Below are positions 25,418 through 38,920 of a stretch of 64,000 bases of DNA, one piece after another; the first letter of the stretch is position 1, and each line of letters starts with the position of its first letter. Under the pieces are notes generated by a model. It ran no database searches. It saw nothing but the letters and a program-made list of their open reading frames with translations, and was not told where the DNA came from. A program made the translations under genes and the position numbers. Source of the stretch: Eledone cirrhosa (taxonomy: Eukaryota); assembly GCA_964016885.1 (NCBI GenBank), contig OZ024757.1:6448001-6512000 (forward strand), in the 5' to 3' direction.

Positions 25418-27035
25418 TATGGGTATGTATGAGCGTGTATGTGTGCTTGCACGTATGTATGGTGTGTATATATGTACACAGGGTTTTGGTATATATATGT
25501 TTGGTGAACATGTGTATTTACCTGTAGGTATGTGAGTGTGCGTTCTATACGCATTCATGCGCCTATATTTATATATGTATACACTCACACACACATATTT
25601 ATATGTGTATTTAGTGTATACGTTCGTATGTGTGTGGGTATGTGTCGCGCCGGTTTACGCATGTGTGCGCGTGTATATGTGTTTGTGCATGTATATGCAT
25701 GCATGCCGTGTGTTTTCGCATATACACGTGTATAAATGTGTATGTATATATTTAAGATTCATGATTTCGATAACCTCTGTTATTTTCTTTTTACTAATTT
25801 ATTTACATTATTCTGAACTCCGAAGCCGAGAATCATTCAGTTTCCTAAATAATATATTAGTCTACGACTCCATTTATACCTTAAATGTGGTTTTGTCTTT
25901 GCGTGTAATTGTTCTCACCGCTCCACATAACGAGGTATGATCTTCGCTTCTTTCCGTTCATTGCCAGAGAACATCTTCACGAACCAAAGTATCGTCTTCC
26001 TGTTTTACTTCGGTTGCAACATTTTTCGAAATATTTACTTCTACGTTCACAGATTGATTTTTTTCAGTTTCAGATCCCGTTAAAGGTGAAAGCAGCAATT
26101 CTTTATGTATGTGGGGTGGGGATTGGAGAGGTGGGTCAGAGGCGTTACTTCGCTGGTAAGGGAGTGGAGTGTTAAAAGGTGGGGAGGAGGAAAATTGGGG
26201 CATACTTCAAACCACTAAATGTTGCTTCATCCCGTGGACATGGGAATGCAGGTCTCCTGCAGTTCTGTATAACGCCAGAGATTTCAATCCTGTGTCATAA
26301 CCATTGAGAGGTACAATGGTGTCAGGTCACTTTTACCTCCTCATCCCAAGCATTCATAGGTCTTCTTCCATCAATTTCTAGCAGTCAACCTTTTATACAT
26401 CATCTCTACCTTCATACACATCACATGTCCATACCACAGCAATCTCCTCTCCTGCATACTGTATCTTATCCCTCTCATGCCCAGGTTCTCTGTTTATTTA
26501 CTCTTTGCTCTTCATGTATATTAATATTACACATCCATCGGAGAATTCAAACTTCATTTCTATCCAATCTTCTGAGGTCCTCACTGCAATGCAGCATTGC
26601 TGTTCATATGCAGACATCAATTTCGTAAAACAACCTTTTACCTAGCAGTAGTAGTAATAGTAGCACCCTAAACCTTTGCCATTTTGTTCTTACTCTGGTT
26701 TCTGTACTTTCAGTACACCTACCTCCACTGCTAATTTGGTCACCCAGGTAACAGAAACTGTCAACTGTTTCTATGGAACCCTTTAAATATTTGATAGAAC
26801 TTGTCTCCCAAAAGTGATTGCTTCTTACTGCTCCAGTGCAATGACCCCATGTAAAACCTACATTCTTAGCTAACTTACCATGTATCCCACTAAATCTCTT
26901 GTGTACCCATAGTCTCTTTAGAGTAAATAATGTTTCATACACATAACATCTATGTGCGACCATTGGTTTCTGAGCCCACTTATGGCCACCACTGTTTACT
27001 ATTGTCAAAAAGGGAGGTAAATCTTTAGCTGTAAA

Positions 27036-28125
27036 TCTTATGCTGGGTCGTTCACACACATTGACACTGCACATCCAACGGAGCATGCTTGCCTCATTTC
27101 TCTCCAGCCGTCGCATATCCTCTGCAGTTGCTGCCCATGTCTCACGACCATGCAGCATCGCGCTCTTCACACGGGCATCATATAACCGGCCTTTCGTATG
27201 CAGGGAGAAACCCTTCTTCGACAGCAGCTCCCTAAACTTCTTCCGACCCGTCCTTATTCTAGATACTATGGCCTCGGAACCCCCCTCCCCTCCCATGCTA
27301 ATCTGATCTCCTAGGTACCGGAAGCTATCCACCACTTCTATAGCACCCACCTGCATTTGTAACATGTGTATATCACTGTGACTTCTACTGTCTAATTTCC
27401 CTGTACATCTAATGCATACGTATTTCTCCCTACCTGTTAGTTTGCCTGCTATCCCACTACATCTCTTGTGTACCCAACATCTCCATTGTGTGCATTTTAT
27501 AGAATTTATGCCAGTTCCTTTTCTGCATATCGAACATGGCCATATCCCTGACGGAATCAGAGTTTTGTCCTCTTTTCTACTCAACACTTTTGTCTTAGCT
27601 AGGTTCACTCTCAGTCCTCTTGCTTCCAACTGCTGTTTCCATAGCCAGAATATATTGTCTAGCTCCCCTACTTATTCTGCTATAAGAACCAGATCATCAG
27701 CATAGAGAAGTTCCCATGGACATCCAGTCTCTAGCTCCTCTGTTATGGCTTGGAGGACTATAACGAACAAGAGTGGGCTGAGGACGGAACCTTGATGTAC
27801 ACCTACTTGTATCTGGAATTCCTCACTAAACTCCTTTCCTACCCTGACTTTACTGACAGCACCTCTGTACAAAGTTTGCACTGTCCTCACAAGCCATTCC
27901 TCAACACCTAGTTTCCTTAGGGACCATCAGGTGACAGATCGGGGTACCCTATCAGAAGCCTTCTCTAGGTCAACAAAGGCTCAGTATAGAGTATAGTGGC
28001 TTATTCATCTCTAAGAACCTCTCTTGTAATTGTCTCACCAAGAAGAGGGCATCTGTTGTACTTTTCCCAGGTACAAAACCAAACTGCATCTCATCTAGTT
28101 TAACCCTTTCATAACCTGATCCACA
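27036..28125 (-). mobile_element. Degenerate RTE fragment (RT and PHD), paralog of 61445-62535
   Basis: VGVHQGSVLSP, LYADDL, WPCSIC; same TA-flanked start and the same small lesions as the 62 kb copy. Confidence 0.9.
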
Positions 28126-28136
28126 CATATATATAC

Positions 28137-28182
<46 letters not shown>

Positions 28183-28187
<5 letters not shown>

Positions 28188-30173
28188 CATCATTTAACGT
28201 CCATGTTCCAGGCTTGCATGGGTTTGGACGGGAGTTTTCCCACTTGAGGCAAGAGTTGTTGTCTTGTTCGCATAGGACTGTCTGGCGGGTTTTCTACAGC
28301 TGGATGCCCTTCCTAACACCAACCACATTTACAGTGTGGGACTGGGAGGTTTTTACCGTGTTGCCTACACGACCACATTACAGCGTGAACTGTGTGTTTT
28401 TTTGTCGTGACACCTACATGATCTCATTTGTTTCGGGCTGGATGTTGTGGCACCAACATAACTTTACATTGAAAGGGCGGTGTGGATGGGGCGGGTGAAT
28501 TTTGTTAGAGATGCCTACTGACTGTAGTAGGTTTTACTTTGTATTTAGGTAACGCGGGATTTCTCTATTACTGAGTGCCGCCAAAGATCTCGGTCCAGAG
28601 ACATTGTCTTGGAGAGGTGTAAGTGTGTGAGGTCGGAGTTTATCAGGTCGTTCCAGGTTTTTCTGGATCTGCCTACTCCGTGGCTACCGTCTATCTTTAT
28701 TGCCCTGCACTTTTTTATACAGCTGTCGTCTTTCATGCGCATCACGTGACCATACCAACGTAGCCTTCTCTCGAGTAAACAACATCTGATCCCTCTTATT
28801 TCTAATTTTTCCCTTAGTTCGTGTATGCTTTGCCGTTCGCGTATGTTACTATTACACATCCAGCGGAGCATGCAAGCTTCGTTCCTCTCTAGTCTGCGTA
28901 TATCCTCTTCACACAATGCCCAGGTATCACTGCCATGTAACATTGCTGTTCGTATGCAGGCATCATACAGCCTGCCTTTCATTTTTAGAGAGAACCCTTA
29001 AGCGGCAAATAGTGGTATAAGCTCTCTGAACTTTTTCCATCCAGTTCTGACTCTAGCTACTGTACTTTCAGAGCACCCTCCCCCACTGCTGATTTTGTCA
29101 CCCAGGTAACGGAAGCTGTCCACTATTTCTATAGAACCCTCTGCGCAACTGAAAGAGCTAGTATTTTGTGGGCACTTGCTGCTACTTATTGCACCAGAGC
29201 ACCAGCCACATGTAAAATCTATGTTCTTAGTTAGCTTACCTGTGATCCCACTACATCTTTTATGCACCCATACTTTGCATTTGGGACATAAAATGGAGTT
29301 TCTACCTACGCCTTTCCTACACACTGAGCATGGCCATTTCCCGGAAGGGACCGGCGCCTTATTTTCTTTCCTACAAACTAGAACTTTAGTCTTAGCCAGG
29401 TTAATTTTAAGGCCTTTTGATTCTAGGCCGTGCTTCCATGTTTGGAATTTCTTCTCTAGCTCGGCCATTGATTCAGCTATGAGCATTAGATCATCTGCGT
29501 ATAGGAGTTCCCACTGTTATAGCCTGAAGGGCAATAATAAATAGTAGGGGGGTAAGAACAGAGCCCTGATGAACACCAACTTTTACGCTAAACTTTTCAC
29601 TATATTCGTTGTTAATTCTAACCTTACTGACTGTTTCTTTATACATGGCTTGTATAGCTCTCACAAGCCATTCATCAACACCTAGTTTTCTAAGAGCCCA
29701 CCAGATAATCGAACGGGGGACTCTGTCTAAGGCTTTCTCCAAGTCGACAGAAGCTAAGTATAGAGGTTTACTTTTAGCTAGGTACCTCTCCTGTAGTTGT
29801 CGTACAATGAAAAGAGCGTCTGTGGTACTTTTGCCAGACACAAACCCGAACTGCATTTCATCTAGATCAATTCTCTCTCTGATTAGTTGCGCTATTACTT
29901 TTTCCGTGACCTTCACGACCTGGTCGATTAATTTAATGCCTCTATAGTTTCCCCTATCTAGGGCATCACCTTTACCCTTGTAGCAGTTGATGATGCTGCT
30001 GCTACGCCAGTCCTTCGGAACAACCCCATTCTGTATGACATGGTTTACTATCCGGGTGACCATGGTGTGTCCCACCGTTCCAGAGGCATTCAGTATCTCA
30101 GCAACTATTTCCGAAGGCCCAGCCGCCTTACCCGTCTTCATATCTTTGATTGCCTTACTTATTATACTACCTC
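28183..30173 (-). mobile_element. 5'-truncated RTE LINE, relatively young, frameshifted
   Basis: ORFs 29491-30141, 28998-29486 and 28545-28982 closely resemble the 19699 element; tail abuts (TA)n. Confidence 0.95.
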
Positions 30174-31947
30174 TCTAAGACAATGTCACTGGAACGAGAT
30201 CCTTGGCGCTACGCAGTAATACAGAAGACCCGCCTTCCCTATGTACAAAGTGAAACCTACAGTCAGTAGGCACCTCTTAACCAAATATACGCCCCAATCC
30301 ACTACTTCTACTCTATCCTCCCGCCAACACCACCCCTCTCTCTATTAAGTTGTACCACAACATCCAGTCCAAATAAATGAGATAAATGAGATCGAGATCG
30401 TGTAGGTATCCTAAAAAAAACACACAGTCGACGCTGTAATCTGATCCTCTAGATAACACGGTAAAAAGTTCCCAGTTCCACACTGTAAATGTGGTTGGTG
30501 TTAGGAAGGGCATCCAGCCGTAGAAAATAGTCCTATATGAGCGAGACACGGTCACCCGACCAACCTTCCCTGAAGTGGGACAACTCCTGTCTAACCCAAT
30601 GCTAGCGTGGAAAATGGATGTTAAACGAAGATGATGATGATGATGATACATATATATATACATATACATTTGTATATATATACATATATATATGGCTTGT
30701 ATAGCTCTCATAAGCGATTCATCTACACCTAGTTTTCTAAGAGCCCACCAGATAATGGAGCGAGGGTCTCTGTCAAAGGCTTTCTCAGGGTCTACAAAAG
30801 CTAAGTAGAGGGGTTTACTTTTAGCTAGGTACTTCTCCTGTAGTTGTCGTACAAGGAAAAGAGCGTCTGTGGTACTTTTACCTGACACAAACTCAAACTG
30901 CATTTCATCTAGATCAATTCGCTCTCTGTGACCTTCATGACCTGGTCAACTAACTTAATGCCTCTATAGTTTCCTCTATCTAGAGCATCCCCTTTAGAGT
31001 GAATGACTGCTACATCAGTCCTTTGGTATGACCCCATTCTGTATTACTTGGTTTACTATCTGGGTGACCATAGTGTGTCCATACATACCAGATGCCTTCA
31101 ACATCTCAGCAACTATCTCCGAAGGCCCAGCTGCCTTGCCTGTCTTCATATCTTTGATTGCCTTACTTATTATACTACCTTTAACTTGCACTGCTGGTCC
31201 TTCTATTGGATCGATTTGGGGCAGACTATCTTTTTCCCAGTTATTGTCCTCATTTAGTAGCCTCTCGTAGTGACACTTCCAAGCTATCTTCTTATCAGTA
31301 TCAGTGAGGCCAAGTACACCATTATCATTACGGACTCACTTCTCCCCGACAATATCACGATTCTCCTTGACACATTGCCTAGCAATCCTGAGCACCTCAC
31401 GTTTTTGGTCCTCTTGTTGTAGAAAATGCTTGATCTTTCTATCCTCTGCTTCCCTCTTTGTAAGGTACACTTGTCTCCTAGCTTCTCTCCATAAAGAACT
31501 AGAGAATAAGTGACCCTACTGCATATGTAGGAAAGGAGTAGGCATAAACTGTACACAATGATAGCTTCTTGCTATCTAGGTGGAGAGAAATGGAGCAACC
31601 ATGCTTCGTTGGATGTGCAACGTAAATGTGAGAGGAAGGCAGAGCTTGGATAAATTGAAGAAGAAATTGGACTTCAGAGGAAACCTAAGTGGTGTGCAAG
31701 AGAGAAGAATGCTTTGGTAGGGATATGTGATATCCATGGATGGTGATCACTAGTTAAAGAAGTGCCAGGGAATATCAAAGGAGGGAAACGATAGTAGAGG
31801 TAGACCAAGGAAGACCAGGATAGATGTGGTGAGAGCTGATCTCAAAGAGGAGATAACGAAGGAACAAGCGAGTGGGGAGATGATGTGCTTAAAAGAGCCC
31901 ATCCAACCCATGCCAGGAGTGAAAAACGGGCGTAAAATTATGATGAT
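30174..31947. mobile_element. Nested RTE fragments: 3' end (+, 30174-30647), RT piece (-, ~30690-31490), old 3' piece (+, ~31490-31947)
   Basis: RTE peptide and tail homology; 30174-30670 parallels 63490-63960; 31495-31950 parallels 50005-50573. Confidence 0.85.
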
Positions 31948-32016
31948 GCAGATGAAGTAAATTATATCAAAATAGATTTAGACTAAAATGAACAAAACAT
32001 CCCTGAAAAAACAACA

Positions 32017-32335
32017 AGGTACAGCTAAATATAAACTATATTATATAATGTAAGGTTGTGAACCACATAATTAAATAGACGGAGGTAATTTAAATAATAA
32101 ATATAGCTTTAATTTACTTAAAGCAATGACAAGTTACAGCTAAATATTAACTATATTTTATAATGTAAGGTAGTGAACCACATAATTAAGTAGACGGAGG
32201 TAATTTAAATAATAAATATATCTTTAACTTACTTAAAGCAATAACAAGGTACAGTTAAATATAAAATATATTTTATAATGTAAGGTAGTGAACCAGATAA
32301 TTAAATAGACGGAGGTAATTAAATAATAAAGACAG
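32017..32335. repeat. ~114-bp tandem repeat, about 3 copies
   Basis: aaggtacagctaaat..aatgtaaggtagtgaaccacataatta..gacggaggtaatt repeated; single copy at ~51510. Confidence 0.85.
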
Positions 32336-34595
32336 TCATGATAACAATATATTTTATATCACATGTAACAGTGGAATCTGGTTAATTACTCGATCATTGT
32401 AGGGTTCACATAATTATATTATTTACACACATTAATATAGACATTAAGTAAATCTTTGTCAACTTACCCCCTTCACATATAATCAATGTGTTGTGTTGTT
32501 AGTTTTTACTAAACAACCAAAGAAATAATCTCTTTGTTATCAAAGTAGAAGTGTCAATGTTATCAGCTTTATTTCACGACATTAACGTTGGTGTATCTTC
32601 TTCATCTTTAGTCATAAATTGATATCTTGTCAGAATGAAGTAGTGAGGCTGACTTTATGTCTTTAGCTACAGATTTGATAGGAAATATATATATATATTA
32701 GGTTGATATGTGGTCTAAAATATATACAGGGTGTTCGGGATAAATTTGACAGTTTCATCAGGAAAAAGAAAAAGTGCTTGGTATCTACAAAATTTATTTG
32801 ATTTAAAAGAAATTCAATGGACAAGGAAATTACACTATTGTCAAAGAGTTTTACTCAAAATAACCGCCATTAGCATCTATTACAGCCTCAATCCGGGCCC
32901 GGAACCTGGAGCAAGCTGATTTTACACTTTCCCTGGGAAGGCCCTCAAAAACTACTTTAATTCTGTCGATTAACTGGGCTTATGTAGTACTGGCACGGCG
33001 ATTGGTGTCTTTTTCTACAGCACCCCATACATAATAGTCCATCGACTTAAGATCAGGGGAGTTCGGAGGCCAAACATTGGGACTGGTGTAGTCGTAAAAA
33101 TTGGCTGACAACCATTTTTGACTTTTCCCCGAGGTGTGGCAGGGGGCCGAATACTGCTGCCATACATACGGCCTATTATTGGCTACCCTTGTTATCCAGG
33201 GCTTAACTACAGTAGTTAGCAATTCCACGTAGGCATCTGAATTCAACCTGAGACCCTGTTTGAAAAAAATGCGGAGGCATCACATCACCCTCGGAGGACA
33301 CACATCCGAAAACCATGACAGTTTGGGGAAATTTAGTCTGCATGACTCGAGGAGTGTCCTTTGGACTGTATGCAAGTCATCTGTTATTCTGCGCGTTGTG
33401 TTTTTGATCTTGGCAAAAGTTTTTCTCATCGGAAAAGAACCAGATTGTTTGTGCTTCAGCAGGATGTTTCACTTTGCTCAGAAGTTTCTTAGCCTTTGTC
33501 AGACGATTTTCGCGGGCCTTTTCTGAGAGAAGTTGACCTCTGCGACGCTTGTATGAGTAGTAGCGAAGGTCTTCATTGAGTGCAATTTTCATAGTAGAGG
33601 CTAAAACATTCAATTCACGCGACAAAGACCGAATTCCGATGCCAGGGTCCTCCAACACCTTTTTCTGCAGATTTTCGAGGAATTCTGCTGTGCGAGATCA
33701 ATCAGATCTTCTGTTATGTTTCTTTCTTCTAGCCACAGCCTCGTAGTCTCCATTGCAATTCTCCAGTTCATGCCGGATTGTTTTTACAGTGTTCAGGGAG
33801 CATTGAGCAGCGACCATAATCTCCTTATTTTGATGGCCGGCGCGAATCATCATGATACAAGTTATTCTCTTCCATGATTCAGGTGGCTCCCAGTCATCCA
33901 TTCTCGTTGTCATCACATATATGAATGAAGGAGGGTTTAAACTTTCAAATAAAGCCTAGTGGGCATGAATGAATTTAAAACATCTGAAAAAACAACCAAA
34001 TATTATTCTGTCAAATTTATCCCGAACACCCTGTATATTGTCTATAAATGACTGATAGCAGATGTTCTGGTGAAATAGTAGTTTTACTACTACAGATTGT
34101 AATGGAACTCTTAGTAGAGACAATTGTAAAGTAAGAATAGATATGACAGTGTAAGACTGATGTCGGGGAATTAAAATTGTGTATATATATATATATATAT
34201 ATAATTGTTACACAAGATATAATTAGATTCATTAAAGTTATAATGATTTCTTTATTAACCACAAGGGTTTACATAAAGTAGACATTAAGGACAGTGCAGG
34301 ACAATGCAGGACGGTACAAATGGGCATTTCTGCGTGTAAAAAAACAAAAACATTAAAGTTATAATGAAGACAGCAGGTACTCGGTGTGGTTGGGAATGTT
34401 TCAACACTCGTACCGGTGTCATATGTTAAAAGTCCCTTATATAATTTAATACCTTCAGATACAGTTCCAATCGTATTTAATTGATTGTAACTCAGAAAGT
34501 ATCACTCAATAAAATATCAATTATATATCAATAAGAAAATCTCTACGTAGTCTCTCTAACTGCTAGAAATAGCAGCGATATTATCCATTACAACT
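32305..34595 (-). promoter_or_regulatory. Conserved non-coding module, copy 3, split by the maT element
   Basis: Homology to 5330-6320 on both sides of the transposon. Confidence 0.45.
32727..34033 (-). mobile_element. Tc1/mariner transposon, DD37D (maT) type, full length, transposase inactivated
   Basis: Perfect 26-bp TIRs CAGGGTGTTCGGGATAAATTTGACAG, TA flanks; ORF pieces with WFFSDEKNF, WQQ(Y)SAPCH and WPPNSPDLKSMDY with 37-aa spacing; empty site in three paralogs. Confidence 0.96.
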
Positions 34596-35233
34596 GCTCT
34601 CTCTATATATATATACACACACATATATGTACGTATGTGTATATATGGGTATGAATGAGTGTGTATGTGTACACAGACTTTTGGTATATGTACGTTTGGT
34701 GAACATATGTGTATTTACCTGTGGGTATGTGTGAGTGTGCGTTCTATACGCATTTATGCGTGTATATTTATACGTGTATATATAATTATATGTATACACA
34801 CAAACATATATTTATATGTGTATTTGGTGTATATGTCCGTACGTGTGCGGGTATATGTGTCGCCCCGGTTTACGTCTGTGTGTGCGTGTTTATGTGTACG
34901 TGAATGTATATACATGCATGGTGTGTGTTTTCGCATATACACGTGTATAAATGTGTGTATGTATATATTTAATTATTATTACTTTTATGATTTTAATAAC
35001 CTCTGTCATTTTCGTTCAACTAATTTATTTACATTATTCTGAACTCCGAAGCCGAGAATCATTCAGTTTCCTAAATAGTATATTAGTCTACGCCTCCATT
35101 TATACCATAAACGTGGTTTTGTCTTTACGTGAAATTGTTGTCACCTCTCCACATAACGACGTATTATCTTCGCTTTTTTCCGTTCATTGCCAGGAAGCGT
35201 CTTCACGGACCAAAGCATAAATTATTTTCATAT

Positions 35234-35267
<34 letters not shown>

Positions 35268-35389
35268 ATATATTTACATATATCTCAAGGGCGGTGCCCC
35301 AGCATGGCCTCAGCCAGATGGCTGGAACAGGTATAAGAATAAAAGAATATAATATATATATGTGTATATTCATATATTGTATTTATCCT

Positions 35390-37930
35390 CATCACAATTT
35401 AAACTCCATTATACATGCTAGCATGGGCTGGACGACTTGTCCTGTTGTGTGAAAACTTATATCAAATAACTGTGTCTTGCTCATGCAAGAACCATTTCTG
35501 GCTGGTTTCTACGACTGGATGCCCTTCCTAACTCCAACCACATTTACAGGGTGGACTTGGTATTTATTGTTGTGTTGCTAACATGACCAACTTACAGGGT
35601 GGACTGGGTGCTTTTCGTTGTGTCATCATCATGACAACCACCAGCTAAGAGAGCAGACTGGGTGCTCTTTGTCATGTCACCAATTTGACTACTTTGAAGG
35701 GTGGTTTGGGTGCCTTCAGTCTTACCACTAGCATGACCACTTTACAGAGTGGGCTAGGGGCCTCCTGTCAAGTCTACCTCACAGGGTGGACTGGGTGCTT
35801 ATTTGTCATGTCACCAGCATGACTACCTTGCAGGGAGGGTTATGAGCTCTTTTGTCATGACACCTGCATGACCACCTTACAGGGTTGCCTGAGGGTTTAA
35901 CCATTTCATCAGCATTGGAGGAGAGCATGTCAAGCTTTCCGTACTTGTATACATGGGTTGGTCTAGAGAGGTGTATCAGATGTGAAAGTGGGGGTGGGGT
36001 TGTGTGTATGTAGGGTGGGGATTGGCGAAGTAGGTCAGGGTGGTGTACTTAGCTGGTAAGGGGTGGAGTGTTAAGATGTGGGGAGGAGGAAAATTGGGGC
36101 ATATTTCAAACCACTAAATGTTGCTTCAACCCGTGGACATGGGAATGCAGGTCTCCTGCAGTTCTGTATAAGGCCAGAGATTTCAATCCTGTGTCATCAC
36201 CTTTGAGAGGTACAATGGCGTCAGGTCAGTTTTTACCTCATCATCCCAAACATTCATAGGTCTTCCTCTTCCATCAATTTCAAGCGGTCAACCTTTTATA
36301 CAGCATCTCTACCTTCATACACATCACATGTCCATACCACAGCAATCTACACTACTGCATACTGTATCTTATCCCTCCCATGACCAGGTTCTCTCTCAGA
36401 TTATTTACACTTTGCTCTTACTGTATATTAGTATTACACATCCATTGGAGAATTCAAGCTTCATTTCTGTCCAATCTTCGGAGGTCCTCTGCACACACCA
36501 CCCAGATCTCACTGCAATGCAGCATTGCTGTTCATATGCAAACATCAATTTGATGAAACAACCTTTTGTAGCTAGCAGCAGTAGTAGCACCCTAAACCTT
36601 TGCCATCTTGTTCTTACTCTGGTTACTGTACTTTCAGAACACCTACCTCCACTGCTAATTTGGTCCCCCTGGTAACAGAAACTGTCAACTGCTTCTACAG
36701 AATACTTTAAATATTTGATAGAGCTTGTCTCCTAAAGTGATTGCTTCTTACTGCTCCAGTGCAGTGACCCCTTGTAAACCCTACATTCTTAGCTAACTCA
36801 CTATGTATTCCACTAAATCTCTGGTGTACCCATAGTCTCTTTAGTGTAAATAATTGTTTCTACTTTTGACACAATGCCAGCAATTATCCCAGTGTACCAC
36901 TGGTACTTTATTTTATCGACCCTGTAAGGATGAAAGGCATAGTTAACCTCGGCGGGATTTGAACTCAGACCATAAAGGGCCATAACTCTTTGCTGCAAAG
37001 CATGGCGTCCGTCCCTCTACCGACACTGCCAATCCGCTGCCTTTAGTGTAAAGAATGTTTCATACACATATGTATGTGTGACCATTGGTTTCTGAGTCCA
37101 CTTATGGCCACCACTGTTTAATGGGAGGAGGCACTTCTAAACAGACCCTTCATTAAGCATGCTGACAAATATATTAAAAGGAAGTTCTTTCCTCCAACAA
37201 TTTTCACACCAAACAGAGGAGAGTTTCATATTGTTAAAAAGGGAGGTAAATCTTTAGTGGTGGAATTGTCAGGCTTAATTATATATGTAATTAGACACAC
37301 ATAGAAGTGGTTGATAGCTTTTGCAATATAGGTGACTCAATTAGCAGTGGAGGGCGCTGCTCTGAAAGATGAATAGCTAGAATAAGGATAGGATGGAAAA
37401 GGTTTAGAGAGCTACTGCAACAGTTGACCACAAAAGGTTTCTCTCTCTGTAAAAAAGGACGACTGTATGACATATGTGGGTGATGTACAATGATGCATGG
37501 TAACTAAACAAGGACTGTTATTGCAGAGGATATGTAGACTGGGGAGAAATGAAACAACCATGCTTTGTAGGATATGTTGTGTAAGTGTGAGAGAAAGGCA
37601 GAGCTTGGACGAGTTCAAGAAGAAGCTGGGTTTAAGAGTGATCTGAAGGGGTGTGTAAGAGAGAAGACTGTGTTTGTACGACATGTGATGCCCATGGATA
37701 ATGACCGCTGGGTGAAGAAATGCCAGGAAATCCCAAGTAGAAGGAAGCCATGGTAGAGGTAGACCAAGAAAGACCTGGACAGAGGCTGTGTGAACTGACT
37801 TCAAATAACTGACTCTTACAGGACATGTAAAAGGAACACGAGTTGAAAGATGCCATCTTAAGAAGGACCTGTCCAACCAAGCAAGCATGGAAAAACGGAC
37901 ATAAAAACTGATGATGTTGATGAAGATGAC
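35390..37930. mobile_element. Duplicated cassette of RTE (-), SINE (-) and RTE (+) fragments
   Basis: Colinear with 10030-11980 and 53740-56036. Confidence 0.85.
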
Positions 37931-38239
37931 GTACATATACACACATACATAAGCAAATAAATCAAATACAGATATGCACATACTTATATACAAACACAGA
38001 TACAACATATACATGGACACAAATTTCTACTCACATACATATAGCGTATGTCAATTCTGAACGATACAGTTTTTTCAGCACAAGTCTTGGTTAAAACTTC
38101 TACAAATAAAATTAAAGGAGAATAATTTCTTAGTAAAACAGCTTTATTCAAGATATTAACAACATTGGTGGCACTATCTTAGGTGAGTGACATGGTTTTT
38201 ATCTTGTCTGATTGTGTTGCATTAAGTAATCTTTACAAT

Positions 38240-38545
38240 GGAATGATTTATCAGACACCACAGTGATATGGTTCCTCTCCTGTATATGTTAGTGCCTAGT
38301 GAAGCCACAACATTTAGAGAATGATTTATCACAGACATCACAGTGATATAGTTCCTCTCCTGTATATGTTAGTGCCTAGTGAAGTCATAACATTTAGAGA
38401 ATTATTTACCACAGACACCACAGTGATATGGTTCCTCTCCTGTATGTTAGTGTCTAGTGAAGCCACAACATTTAGAGAATGATTTATCAGTGATATGGTT
38501 CCTCTCCTGTATGTTAGTGTGTAGTGAAACAAAATCAGAAAATGA
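38240..38545 (-). pseudogene. Degenerate zinc-finger repeats downstream of the ZNF gene
   Basis: About 4 eroded finger units related to the 80-bp repeat; paralog at 56365-56670. Confidence 0.8.
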
Positions 38546-38920
38546 TTTACATGGGTGGAGGTGACGAGAGCAGACGTTTGAAGCTCACGGTGGAGATGAC
38601 AAAGGACCGCGATAAGTGGAGAGATGCTTTGCTGAATAGGACCCATCCCACCATTGCAAGCAGGGAAAAGCGGACGTAAAATGATGATGATGATGATGAT
38701 GATATGGTTTCCCTCATCTATGCATATATTTAGTTAAATTGCTCCATTAAAAGATATATTTTCCAAACATATCAAAGTGATATGGTTCCCACCTGTATAT
38801 GTTTGTGTGAAGTTAATGTAGCATTGAAAGAGAATGATTTACCACAGATATTACACTGATATATATTTGTATTCTCATTAATTCACAAATTTGAGAGGAT
38901 TGATCACTGATCTCAATGCG

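Noticed and set aside
26604-27629. 341-aa ORF with two partial RTE C-termini
   Set aside because: Chance read-through across the deletion junction joining two RTE fragments.
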